Shown: positions 10,095-19,005 of the stretch, piece by piece
Layout: every line of letters begins with the position of its first letter
Position numbering within the stretch: position 1 is the first letter of the stretch
Origin: a bacterium
GTDB lineage: Bacteria > Bacteroidota > Bacteroidia > Bacteroidales > UBA932
Reading direction: 5' to 3'
NCBI GenBank assembly: GCA_963596515.1
Contig: CAVBMN010000003.1
Coordinates: forward strand, 1,468-65,467
Length of the DNA stretch: 64,000 bases
Notes under the pieces: model-generated
Database searches by the model: none
What the model saw: the letters and a program-made list of their open reading frames with translations, nothing else
Told to the model about the DNA's origin: nothing
Program-made: the position numbers and the translations under genes

Positions 10095-12782
10095 TTAGAA
10101 ATTATAAGTGTAACCCAGCGAAGGAATGATCGGCATAATCGTTACGCTCTTTATCTTCACACATCCTTTGGACTGGTAATAAGAGTCGGTATAGTTCACG
10201 TCATTGAACACCAGATCCGGGTTTTTCTGGTTATAGACATTGTAAACAGTGATGTTCCAAACGCTATCACCGCGCTTTTTCTTTTTCCTGTAATTCATAC
10301 CAATGCTAAGGCAGTGGCTTGAAGGCAACCGATAGTTTCCTCTGCGCATAAACAAATCCGCCCTGTGCAGTTTGCCGGAATCGGGGTCAAGCACGACGGT
10401 CTGCCTTTCCGGAATCGATAGAACCCCACCTGATGAGAATGTCCACGTTCCGTTTATGTCAATCTTCTTGCCGATCTTTTGGTTGAGCACAAGAGCGGCG
10501 GAATGCCTGCGGTCGTACTTGTAGGGATACCAGTCCGCTCCGCCGACGGATCCGTCAGGGAATCTCCGGTCTGTCTTGGCCAAAGTGTAGGAAAGCCATC
10601 CGGTAGTCTTGCCGGACATCTTCCTGACGAACAACTCCACACCCATTGATCGTCCGTCTCCCATAACAACCCTGTCCTGCCAATTTCCGGTGTTGCCCAG
10701 CAATGAAGAGCCGTCTGTGTACCCGAGAACGTTCTTCAAAGATTTGTAGTAACCTTCAAGCGACATTTCCCATCCTTTAAGGCCATTGTAACTCAATCCG
10801 ACACAGTACTGATCAGACACAACCGGTTTGACTTTGCTGGTCACCGGCACCCAAAGATCCATCGGCAATGAAATCTGCGATGAAGTCAAAAGGTGCACAT
10901 TCTGGGACATTCTTGAATATCCTGCCTTCAAAGCCAGCCCGTTCCGGAATCCATACCTTGCCGAGACCCTGGGCTGAAGCGAAAAGTATGTCTTCCCGTT
11001 TACGGAAAAAACATTCAACCGCACTCCGGGATTTAACGACAGGCATTCTGTGACAGAATATTCATCCTCGGCATAAAGCGAGAAATCGTGGCCACGGATC
11101 ACGTCTGACGAGGTCTGGCGGTAGCAGGTGTCCTGCAGGACTTTTCCATTGCCGGTGACGCTGCGGTTCATCGCAAGGTTCTCCGGACGGAATGTGTGGA
11201 AAATATATTCGCCGCCGAATCTTATCAGATGTGAGGGCGAGGGTATGAAATCAATATCCACGTTCGCGTTGAGATCCCATATTCCTGAATTGTAGTTCAT
11301 TCGTACCGAGGACACGTCAAGGCTGTCTTTGGCGGCGGATCCGCCGTCTCGGAGAAAGGTTGTCTCAGAGCCTTCCTTGATGTCGGTCATCATCCGGTAA
11401 TGATTGTAAGCCACGGTCGTGTTGGCGAACAACCTGTTGTTGAAAACGTGGTTCCAACGTCCGGAAACTAAGGTGTTGCCCCACCGGATTCTGGTCTTCG
11501 TCTTGTCGACATAGTCCACCGATCTGTAGCCATCGGCGTATTCCGGTTCATCGTCCGTCAGAGGATCCTTACCTTTGGCCTGACCGTCATAGTACATTTT
11601 ATCCAGACCGTTATAGACATTGAGATACAATCTGTCATCGTCTCCAAGCCTGTAGGTGACCTTGCCGTTCAGGTCATAGAACCAATAGTTGTACTTGTCG
11701 TCGGCATCATAGCTTTTGATGATGGGCTGGGCGAACAACGAATGCATCAATCTTCCACTGAATGAATATGATCCCTTGCCCTTGACGATGGGCCCTTCGA
11801 GATGCGCCTTGCTGCTCAGCACGCTCACGCTGACGGATCCTTTGTGCTCCTCAAGGTTCCCGTTATTCGTCCTGACATCCACAACCGATGAGACCCGGCC
11901 TCCGAACCTTGCGGGGAAAGCCCCTTTGTATAAGGTGACTTTCTTGACAGCGTCCGGCATAAAGATCGAGAACACACCAAGCATATGCTCGGCATTGTAC
12001 AGCGCCGTTCCGTCCAGCATCAGAAGATTCTCGTCCGGACCTCCGCCACGGACATACAGTCCGGCGAACCCGTTTGTTCCCGCCTGAACGCCGGGAAGAA
12101 GCTGCAAGGTCTTCATTATGTCCGCCTCTCCAAGGACAGATGGCGTCTGGCGGATCTGTTCTATGGGTACGTCAATCGCGCTGAGCCTCCGCGAGATGAC
12201 ATCGTACTCCTTCCTGGCTGTGATTGATGCCTCGGAAAGGACGTTGCCTGGCTTGAGCCTGATGTTCAGGACCGTGTCCTTGGCCGCTTTGAACGATAGT
12301 TTTTGTGTCTCATAGCCGACATACGAGCATTCGAGTCGGACGGTGCCTTGCTGAATCCGGAGCGAATAAAAGCCGTAATTGTTCGACACGGTTCCACGAC
12401 CGTCAACCTCAGACCTCACTCCGGCACCGATCAAAGGCTCACCTGATTTAGAATCAAGAACATAACCACTGACAGTCAACCTGTTGCCGGAAGCCTTAGA
12501 CGCCGATGTCAAAACAATATAGTCATTCTGTCTGTCCCAGGAGACTCCCGTACCTTTCAGGATAGCATCCAAAACTCTGTCCGGTTCCAAGCCATTGACA
12601 TTGGCCCCGACATATTCCTTATCCAAAAGTCTGTTTAAATCCGCATCATAGACAAACCGGACTCCATAGATCTCGCGTACAACAGCAAGTTCTTCCAATA
12701 CAGTCTTTCCACCCTGCGCCAAACAGACAGCACTTAATAAGAAGGCTATCACAAGCGATGACACGAAGAATATCTTACGCAT
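10095..12782 (-). CDS. TonB-dependent receptor with N-terminal STN-like extension
   Basis: STN-like segment, CarboxypepD_reg-like domain (GEPLIGA..SNNYGFYSL), plug (LQLLPGV, VRGG..ENL), terminal YTYNF. Confidence 0.9.
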   Translation of the reverse strand: MRKIFFVSSLVIAFLLSAVCLAQGGKTVLEELAVVREIYGVRFVYDADLNRLLDKEYVGANVNGLEPDRVLDAILKGTGVSWDRQNDYIVLTSASKASGNRLTVSGYVLDSKSGEPLIGAGVRSEVDGRGTVSNNYGFYSLRIQQGTVRLECSYVGYETQKLSFKAAKDTVLNIRLKPGNVLSEASITARKEYDVISRRLSAIDVPIEQIRQTPSVLGEADIMKTLQLLPGVQAGTNGFAGLYVRGGGPDENLLMLDGTALYNAEHMLGVFSIFMPDAVKKVTLYKGAFPARFGGRVSSVVDVRTNNGNLEEHKGSVSVSVLSSKAHLEGPIVKGKGSYSFSGRLMHSLFAQPIIKSYDADDKYNYWFYDLNGKVTYRLGDDDRLYLNVYNGLDKMYYDGQAKGKDPLTDDEPEYADGYRSVDYVDKTKTRIRWGNTLVSGRWNHVFNNRLFANTTVAYNHYRMMTDIKEGSETTFLRDGGSAAKDSLDVSSVRMNYNSGIWDLNANVDIDFIPSPSHLIRFGGEYIFHTFRPENLAMNRSVTGNGKVLQDTCYRQTSSDVIRGHDFSLYAEDEYSVTECLSLNPGVRLNVFSVNGKTYFSLQPRVSARYGFRNGLALKAGYSRMSQNVHLLTSSQISLPMDLWVPVTSKVKPVVSDQYCVGLSYNGLKGWEMSLEGYYKSLKNVLGYTDGSSLLGNTGNWQDRVVMGDGRSMGVELFVRKMSGKTTGWLSYTLAKTDRRFPDGSVGGADWYPYKYDRRHSAALVLNQKIGKKIDINGTWTFSSGGVLSIPERQTVVLDPDSGKLHRADLFMRRGNYRLPSSHCLSIGMNYRKKKKRGDSVWNITVYNVYNQKNPDLVFNDVNYTDSYYQSKGCVKIKSVTIMPIIPSLGYTYNF

Positions 12783-12917
12783 ACATAATTTTGATTATTA
12801 GTTTGTTATATGTGGTGAAGACGTTCGCGCAGACACATCCTTATTAATATGACGCAGATTTTCAGAATAGTACCATTCTTTTTTTGAAAATAAATCAAAA
12901 TATTCAAAGAAATGCGG

Positions 12918-14483
12918 TTATTTCTTCTCCAACGCACTGAGGAAGAAGTCTTTCTGAGGAGAGTCCGAGGAAGAGATGCGGCCTTTCAGGCGCCAGACAC
13001 GGTTATAGACCACACTTTTCTCCTTACCCATCAAGGCGGAGATTGTCGTGCTGGAGAATCCGGCCGCGGTGAAACAGAACAACAGGAAATCATCCTCCTT
13101 CCAGGACGGAAAATCGGAACGGAGACGGGTCATCACGCCATCCATTGTCTGATCGAGCATATTCTCAAGCCCTCTCTGCACCTTCTTGTCGCCGCGCAGA
13201 CCCTCGACGATGGATTTCACCTCCTTGAGGATCTTCGGTTGGAGGTTGTCCGTGCCTTCATAGACATAGTACTGCTCGCAAAGGCGCTCCAAAACGTTGA
13301 ATCTGTCCACATCCTTCTGCCCGGACTTGCTGACAGGTCTGGATAGACGTGCCTGAAGGTCTTCGGCGATATTCATATATTTCTCTGTCTCAGCCTTTTC
13401 GACCTCAAGTTTTCTTTGGGCCTCGGCCTTGCGGACAAAGTACACGGTGGCAATGGCGGCAAGTGCCAGCAGGGAACCGAGTGCCAACACCCAAAGCCTC
13501 AGACGGGCGGCGTGAAGCCTTTCCCTGTCCGCCTCTGCCTGTCCTTGAATATAATCGCGCTGGCTGGCGGCGACCGCTTCGGCAAGAGCTTCTGAGTGAG
13601 TGCGGTTGGCATATTCCATAACCTTCTCAAGGGCGGTGAGGGCTTTTGAGGAGTCACCTCTACGGGAGGCAATCTGATATTCACGGAAATTCACATCCGC
13701 CATTTCAGCCTCGGTCTCGGCTGTGGAGCGGGCTTCCTGTAGCCATCTTTGGGATTCTGAGGACTTCCCTGCGACAGAATAGGCGTAGGCCAGAATGCCT
13801 TTGTCTGAGGATGAGAGATGAAAACCCAATTCGTCAGCGGCGCGGCTCAGCAAGTCAATCGCCAACGCGGGATCGAGGGTGTCCTTGCTGACCGCAAGCG
13901 CGGCGTAAGACTCAAGGCAGCGTGCCTCCAAAAGTGTGTCCCGCATCTCGTGAGCGTCAAAAAGGACGCTTTTGAATATGTCCTCCGCGGCTCCGTATCT
14001 TCCCAGACCGGATTCCGCCTGGCCGATCTCCAGCAACGCCTGTTGGGATTCCCGCTGAAAACCGGCTACTTTGAAAGCCTCGGCGGCGCATGCAAGGTAC
14101 ATCATCTCGTCCGTCGAGTTGCCGGAAGCGTTGCAGGTGTGCGCCATATCATAGCAGATTCTGGCCACACGCAGGGTGTCCGCGGCCTTGACTGAATATT
14201 CCAAAGCCTTGGTGTAGGTGACTATAGCCGCCGGGAAATCCCCGTCGTTGAACTGATTGCGTCCAAGGCAGTAGAAAGCCCTCCCTTTCTGTCCATCGTC
14301 ACCGCGCCTGTCAAACCAGTCGGCCATCTTGCGCACATCCTTGGTGTCCAAGGTGTTGATGTAGCCAAGTCCTTGCTCAACCTCGTCCAAAGCACCGTCC
14401 ATCTGCTTGAACAACCCAGTGTCGCAGGAAGCGAAAGCCGTCAAGGATGCGGCGATCAGAAAAATAAAACCGGCATATCTCAT
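12918..14483 (-). CDS. TPR-containing transmembrane regulator with C-terminal HTH
   Basis: Lipobox FASC, TPR-like helices (GRAFYCLG), one TM helix (LWVLALGSLLALAAIATVYFV), HTH-like tail (FSSTTISALMG..VYNRVWRLK). Confidence 0.7.
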   Translation of the reverse strand: MRYAGFIFLIAASLTAFASCDTGLFKQMDGALDEVEQGLGYINTLDTKDVRKMADWFDRRGDDGQKGRAFYCLGRNQFNDGDFPAAIVTYTKALEYSVKAADTLRVARICYDMAHTCNASGNSTDEMMYLACAAEAFKVAGFQRESQQALLEIGQAESGLGRYGAAEDIFKSVLFDAHEMRDTLLEARCLESYAALAVSKDTLDPALAIDLLSRAADELGFHLSSSDKGILAYAYSVAGKSSESQRWLQEARSTAETEAEMADVNFREYQIASRRGDSSKALTALEKVMEYANRTHSEALAEAVAASQRDYIQGQAEADRERLHAARLRLWVLALGSLLALAAIATVYFVRKAEAQRKLEVEKAETEKYMNIAEDLQARLSRPVSKSGQKDVDRFNVLERLCEQYYVYEGTDNLQPKILKEVKSIVEGLRGDKKVQRGLENMLDQTMDGVMTRLRSDFPSWKEDDFLLFCFTAAGFSSTTISALMGKEKSVVYNRVWRLKGRISSSDSPQKDFFLSALEKK

Positions 14484-14512
14484 AGGCGTGATTGCTTAGG
14501 GCAAAAACTATA

Positions 14513-15520
14513 TTATTCGTTCCAGCCTTGGGCCAGGATCTGATGCTCCAGACCGTCAGGGGTGACAAGCACCGAACCGACTTCCAGCTGGGCAAGGTGA
14601 CCGATTATGTCGAATGTCTGGAAATCACGACGGAACTTCTCAGCGGAGAGGATCGGAATCGTGAACAGGAGTCTGAAATCGTCCCCTCCGTTCATAGCGG
14701 CGGAGATAGGGTCGATGTCCAGTTCCTTGCCGGAGGCGAAGCTGTTGCCCTCGAAAGGAATCTTGTCGGCGTAGATCTTGACCCCAAGGCCGCAGTCACG
14801 TGAGAGTCTCTTCACAGCGTCCGAAAGTCCGTGTGAGACAAGATAACCGTTGGAAGGATAAATCTGCGAATCCTCCAGCCTTGTGATGATAGAGGCGTTG
14901 AGTTCAGGTTTGAGATAGCTGCCGATCAGCATCTTGTACTTCTCAAGCTGAGGCTGGACGGAATCGTCCTTGGTCTTGTCGAACCCTTTCTTCTCCCGTT
15001 CCAGAATCTGCTGGCCGAGGAAAGCCGCGCCGAGACTGCCCGACACACAGACCAGATCCATACTCCTTGCCTTGACCGTGCGCCCTTTTGTCAACTTGAA
15101 CTCTTCCCCGACAGCGGAGATGCTGATAGTCAAGCCGTTCGGCGATGGCACCAAGTCCAGGTCAACAGCGGTGAATCCGTGCTCCTTGGCTGCTGTCACA
15201 ACTCCGAGCCAAAGATCCTTGATGTGGTTGAAATCCAGTTTGGCGGAGACTCCAAGCCTGACTGACAGTAGGCGAGGGTGTGCCATCGAGGCGTAAATCT
15301 CTCCGGCCACGGCCACAACGCACTTATAGCCAAGGTGCTTGAGCGGGAAATATGTGAGGTCGAAATCCATACCCTCCACGAAAAGCCTTGACGCGGAGCA
15401 TAATGTGCTTCCCGCCGAAGGCTCGAAGGTTATTTTCTCCTGACGAGAGTAGCCGTTGCCCTCGAAAAGCAGGTCGATCGCCTGCACTTTGCCATATTCA
15501 TTAAAAGTCTTTTCCGCCAT
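14513..15520 (-). CDS. thiL: ThiL (thiamine-phosphate kinase)-like protein with degenerate active site
   Basis: FDLTYFPLKHLGYK, DLVCVSGSLGAAF, AMNGGDDF, AQGW are collinear with Bacteroidales ThiL. Start taken at ATG 15520. Confidence 0.75.
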   Translation of the reverse strand: MAEKTFNEYGKVQAIDLLFEGNGYSRQEKITFEPSAGSTLCSASRLFVEGMDFDLTYFPLKHLGYKCVVAVAGEIYASMAHPRLLSVRLGVSAKLDFNHIKDLWLGVVTAAKEHGFTAVDLDLVPSPNGLTISISAVGEEFKLTKGRTVKARSMDLVCVSGSLGAAFLGQQILEREKKGFDKTKDDSVQPQLEKYKMLIGSYLKPELNASIITRLEDSQIYPSNGYLVSHGLSDAVKRLSRDCGLGVKIYADKIPFEGNSFASGKELDIDPISAAMNGGDDFRLLFTIPILSAEKFRRDFQTFDIIGHLAQLEVGSVLVTPDGLEHQILAQGWNE

Positions 15521-15675
15521 AGCCGCGATGATTTTCTGATTTTGTGTGAATATAACGGTGCGTCCGCGGGAATATTCACCGATTAATTTTTTGCATTCCC
15601 AAGGCAAAATTAGCACAATTTGTTAAATTTGTAGTCCACATACTGTCTTTGAATAATAATTAAACAGATAAAGTT

Positions 15676-16521
15676 ATGAAAAAAGTGATTTTCGCCCTTA
15701 TGGCAGCATTTATGGCGTTGCCGTTCAATGTTTCGGCCAAGAAAGACAAACCGGCTGACATCAAAGTGATCTCTTACAACATCCGTGTGGGAAAGGCTGA
15801 TGACGGAACCAATTCCTGGCAGTACCGTTACCCGGCGTCGGCGATGATGATTGTGGATCAGAAACCGGACATATTCGGAGTGCAGGAAGCACTTGATTTC
15901 CAGTTTGATTACCTCAATCAGTATTGCACTGGCTACAAGGGAGTGGGAGTCGGACGCGAGGACGGAAAGCATAAGGGAGAGCATATGGCCATCTTCTACA
16001 ACAAGAAGACCATCAAGCTGATCAAATGGGGAACGTTCTGGCTTTCGGAGACTCCGGAGGTGCCGTCAAAGGGTTGGGATGCCGCCTGCTATCGTTCGGC
16101 GACCTGGGCTTTGCTGAAGGACAAGGCCAGCGGCAAGAAATTCTACTATGTGAACACGCATCTTGACCACGTCGGCTGGGAGGCCCGCAAGAACGGACTT
16201 CAACTGATCGTGGACAGAATCGCAAGCATCAATCCGGAAAACTACCCGATGATCCTGACCGGTGACTTCAATATGAAGATAGACCGTCCGGAATTCGATG
16301 ATCTCAAGAAATTTATGCAGAACGCCCGTGAGGTCGCCGTCAAAACGGACCACATAAACACCTACAACGGATGGGGCAAGGCCTCTCCTGACAACATCAT
16401 CGACTACATCTGGTTCAAGGGATTCAGCAGCTGCACTGAATATCAAACCATAACCAAACAGTATATGGAAAGGGCTTTCGTCTCTGACCATTACCCGATC
16501 AAAGCCACGTTGATATTCTAA
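15676..16521 (+). CDS. Secreted endonuclease/exonuclease/phosphatase-family protein
   Basis: SYNIR, GVQE, NTHLD, GDFN, IDYIW, SDHYP; signal peptide. Confidence 0.92.
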   Translation: MKKVIFALMAAFMALPFNVSAKKDKPADIKVISYNIRVGKADDGTNSWQYRYPASAMMIVDQKPDIFGVQEALDFQFDYLNQYCTGYKGVGVGREDGKHKGEHMAIFYNKKTIKLIKWGTFWLSETPEVPSKGWDAACYRSATWALLKDKASGKKFYYVNTHLDHVGWEARKNGLQLIVDRIASINPENYPMILTGDFNMKIDRPEFDDLKKFMQNAREVAVKTDHINTYNGWGKASPDNIIDYIWFKGFSSCTEYQTITKQYMERAFVSDHYPIKATLIF

Positions 16522-16557
16522 GACCAACCATTCGTGACTGGTATGAATATATTCAAG

Positions 16558-17814
16558 ATGAAGAAGTTGATTGCTCTTGCCGTGGCCGCATCGCTGGCGG
16601 TTCCGGTTTTTGCCCAGGGTGCCTTGAGGCAGGATGCGCCGGAGCGTCACGGGATGAACCCCGTGAAACTCGCGCAGGTTGACAGGGTCATCAATGACGC
16701 GATAACGGCCAAGGAGATTCCGGGAGCTGTGCTCTCAGTCGTCAGGGGCAACGAGATTGTTTACCTGAAGGCTTACGGGAACAAATCCGTTGTTCCGACC
16801 GTGAAGCCGATGACGACCGGAACCTTGTTCGACCTCGCCTCCGTCAGCAAATGCGTGGGCACGACGCTGGCCTTTATGCAGTTGATAGAGAACGGGTATG
16901 TGCGCCTTACTGACAATGTTGACAGGTATATTCCTGACTTCAAGCCTTGGAAGGATCCTGAAAGCGGCGAGACTGTGGACATTACCATCCGCGACCTTCT
17001 GTCACACTCCTCCGGCCTGACTCCGTACATCAACGCCGGCACATTCGTCAAGGAATATGGCGGGAACAACCCGGAGAAAATGGAATGGTACATCGCCGCT
17101 CAGGTCAAGAGGAACTTTCGCCCCGGCACCGACTTTATGTACAGTTGCCTGAACTTCGTCACTCTTCAGAGAATCCTCGAAAGAGTGACCGGAGAGAAAC
17201 TTTATGAATATGCCCAAAGGAATGTCTTCGATGTTCTCGGACTGAGGCATACCTGCTACTTCCCGTTGATCTACACTCCTGCGGTCGGCAATTCGGCCGA
17301 ACTGGCCGGGCTCTGTGCCCCTACCGAGGTGCAGGCGGACGGGAAACCGTTGGTAGCACAGGTACACGACCCGATGGCACGTATGATTATGGGCGGCAAT
17401 TCCGGCAACGCCGGAGTGTTCTCTAACGCTGAGGATCTGTCTGTCATCTGTTCGGCCATTATGAACGGCGGCTGTCTCGTAGACAGAAAGGGAAATGCTT
17501 TGGAATCCACCAGAATCCTCAGCCCGGCGACGGTAAGGTTGATGACCACGATTCCGTCACAGAACGATCCGTCCGTAGGCCGTGCCCTCGGCTGGGACAA
17601 GAAGAGCTCCCACAGCGGCCTTCGCGGTGATCTTCTCAACCCGGAGACCACGATTATGCACACCGGCTACACGGGAACCTCAATCGTGATCGACACCGAG
17701 AGCAAGACCGCGGTCATCCTGTTGACCCACAGGGTTCACCCTCAGGATAAAGGCGGTGTAGGCCGTCTGCGCGCTCTCGTGGCCAACATCGTGGCCGGCT
17801 CTATCATAGAGTAG
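16558..17814 (+). CDS. Serine hydrolase of the beta-lactamase/S12 fold (AmiE-like amidase or esterase)
   Basis: FDLASVSK (SxxK), LLSHSSGL, FMYS, VHDP, HTGYTG. Alternative starts at 16534/16543. Confidence 0.85.
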   Translation: MKKLIALAVAASLAVPVFAQGALRQDAPERHGMNPVKLAQVDRVINDAITAKEIPGAVLSVVRGNEIVYLKAYGNKSVVPTVKPMTTGTLFDLASVSKCVGTTLAFMQLIENGYVRLTDNVDRYIPDFKPWKDPESGETVDITIRDLLSHSSGLTPYINAGTFVKEYGGNNPEKMEWYIAAQVKRNFRPGTDFMYSCLNFVTLQRILERVTGEKLYEYAQRNVFDVLGLRHTCYFPLIYTPAVGNSAELAGLCAPTEVQADGKPLVAQVHDPMARMIMGGNSGNAGVFSNAEDLSVICSAIMNGGCLVDRKGNALESTRILSPATVRLMTTIPSQNDPSVGRALGWDKKSSHSGLRGDLLNPETTIMHTGYTGTSIVIDTESKTAVILLTHRVHPQDKGGVGRLRALVANIVAGSIIE

Positions 17815-17818
17815 AACA

Positions 17819-18079
17819 GAATATGCCGCCACGGAGGTCGCCCAGCTCTACGTTCGTGACCTCGTCGGCTCCATCGTCCGCCCAGTCAAGGAACTCAAAG
17901 GCTTCCAAAGGGTTAGCTTAAATGCCGAGGAATCCAAAGTTGTTGAGTTCTCGCTTCCGGTCTCCGACCTCGCCTTCTGGAACATCAACAATGAATATGT
18001 AGTGGAGCCAGGCGATTTCCACCTCTGGGTAGCCACCGACTCCGCCTCCGGCGAACCTGTAGGGTTCTCTGTCAGGTAG
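17819..18079 (+). pseudogene. Orphan C-terminal Fn3-like domain of a GH3 beta-glucosidase
   Basis: Start-less frame reads TEVAQLYVRDLVGSIVRPVKELKGFQRVSL...VVEPGDFHLWV..stop. Not in the ORF track. Confidence 0.85.
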
Positions 18080-18129
18080 CCGGTAATTGTTGGTACACGT
18101 AAGGTGGTATCAATCTGATTTATTTCGTT

Positions 18130-18179
18130 AAAATTATTCTGTCAAAATAATTTTGGCAGAATAATTTTTGCTATATTTG
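18130..18179 (+). promoter_or_regulatory. Palindrome plus -7 promoter element ahead of ATPase pseudogene
   Basis: 19-bp arms with one mismatch (18130-18168), then TATATTTG at 18172-18179. Confidence 0.65.
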
Positions 18180-18185
18180 CCTTTG

Positions 18186-18993
18186 ATGGAAGCAAATATG
18201 GACAAATACTATAATCCGTTCTTTATTGCGGGAAGGATTCCTCCGTTTGGGAGACATCACGGCTCCGGAATATACCATTGAGGAAATATTCGAATATCTT
18301 GAAAAGGCTGACAGGCGCTGCATAGTTGTCATTGATGAGTTTCAGCAGGTTGTGAAGTATCGGGAGAAGGGCGTGGAGGCACTTCTGAGGGCGAATATTC
18401 AGCGCTCATCCAACTCTAATTTCATATTTTCAGGCAGCGAGAGGCGCATTATGGACCAGATTTTTTTGGATGCAAAGAGGCCGTTCTATCAGAGTGCGAC
18501 CAATTTAAGTATGGCACCTATTGACAGAAGTGTTTATGTCCGGTTTGCGCAAGAATTGTTCGCAAGGTATGGAAAGACAGTTACGGAAAAGGGAGTCCTC
18601 AAGGCATACGATATGTTCGAGGGAATTACCGCTTATGTGCAAAGGATAATGCACGATGCGTTCGCGGAGACACCAACTGGAGGAACAGCAGATGTCGATC
18701 TCGTGAACAGTATGGCTGACAGGTTTGTCGAAGAGAGTTCCAGACGTATCCGCGAACAACTTTCGTTCATCACGGAACAGCAGAAGGAGCTTTTGTATGC
18801 CATTCATTCAGAAGGCGTTGCCAAAGGGCTGACAACCTCGGCGTTTGTGAAGAAGCATAGATTGAAGTCCGCAAGTTCGGTTCAATCAGCGACAAAACAG
18901 CTTCTGGAAATGGACTTAATTACAAAGGTTGGCAATGAATATACTCTCTCGGATCCGTTGCTGAAACTTTGGCTGACACGTGAAATACTATAA
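18186..18993 (+). pseudogene. P-loop ATPase (paralogue of 54926-56056) with internal deletion and frameshift
   Basis: ATG 18186 gives MEANMDKYYNPFFIAGRIPP. Another frame resumes LGDIT..IVVIDEFQQ (Walker B)..FSGS..DPLLKLWL. The Walker A region is missing. Confidence 0.8.
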
Positions 18994-19005
18994 TTTCTTA
19001 ATATT

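Noticed and set aside
15521..15620. TPP riboswitch ahead of the thiL-like gene
   Set aside because: The leader is short and lacks the CUGAGA core.
16558..17814. Beta-lactamase resistance gene
   Set aside because: Fold only; HTG and VHDP motifs fit AmiE-like serine hydrolases rather than class A or C enzymes.
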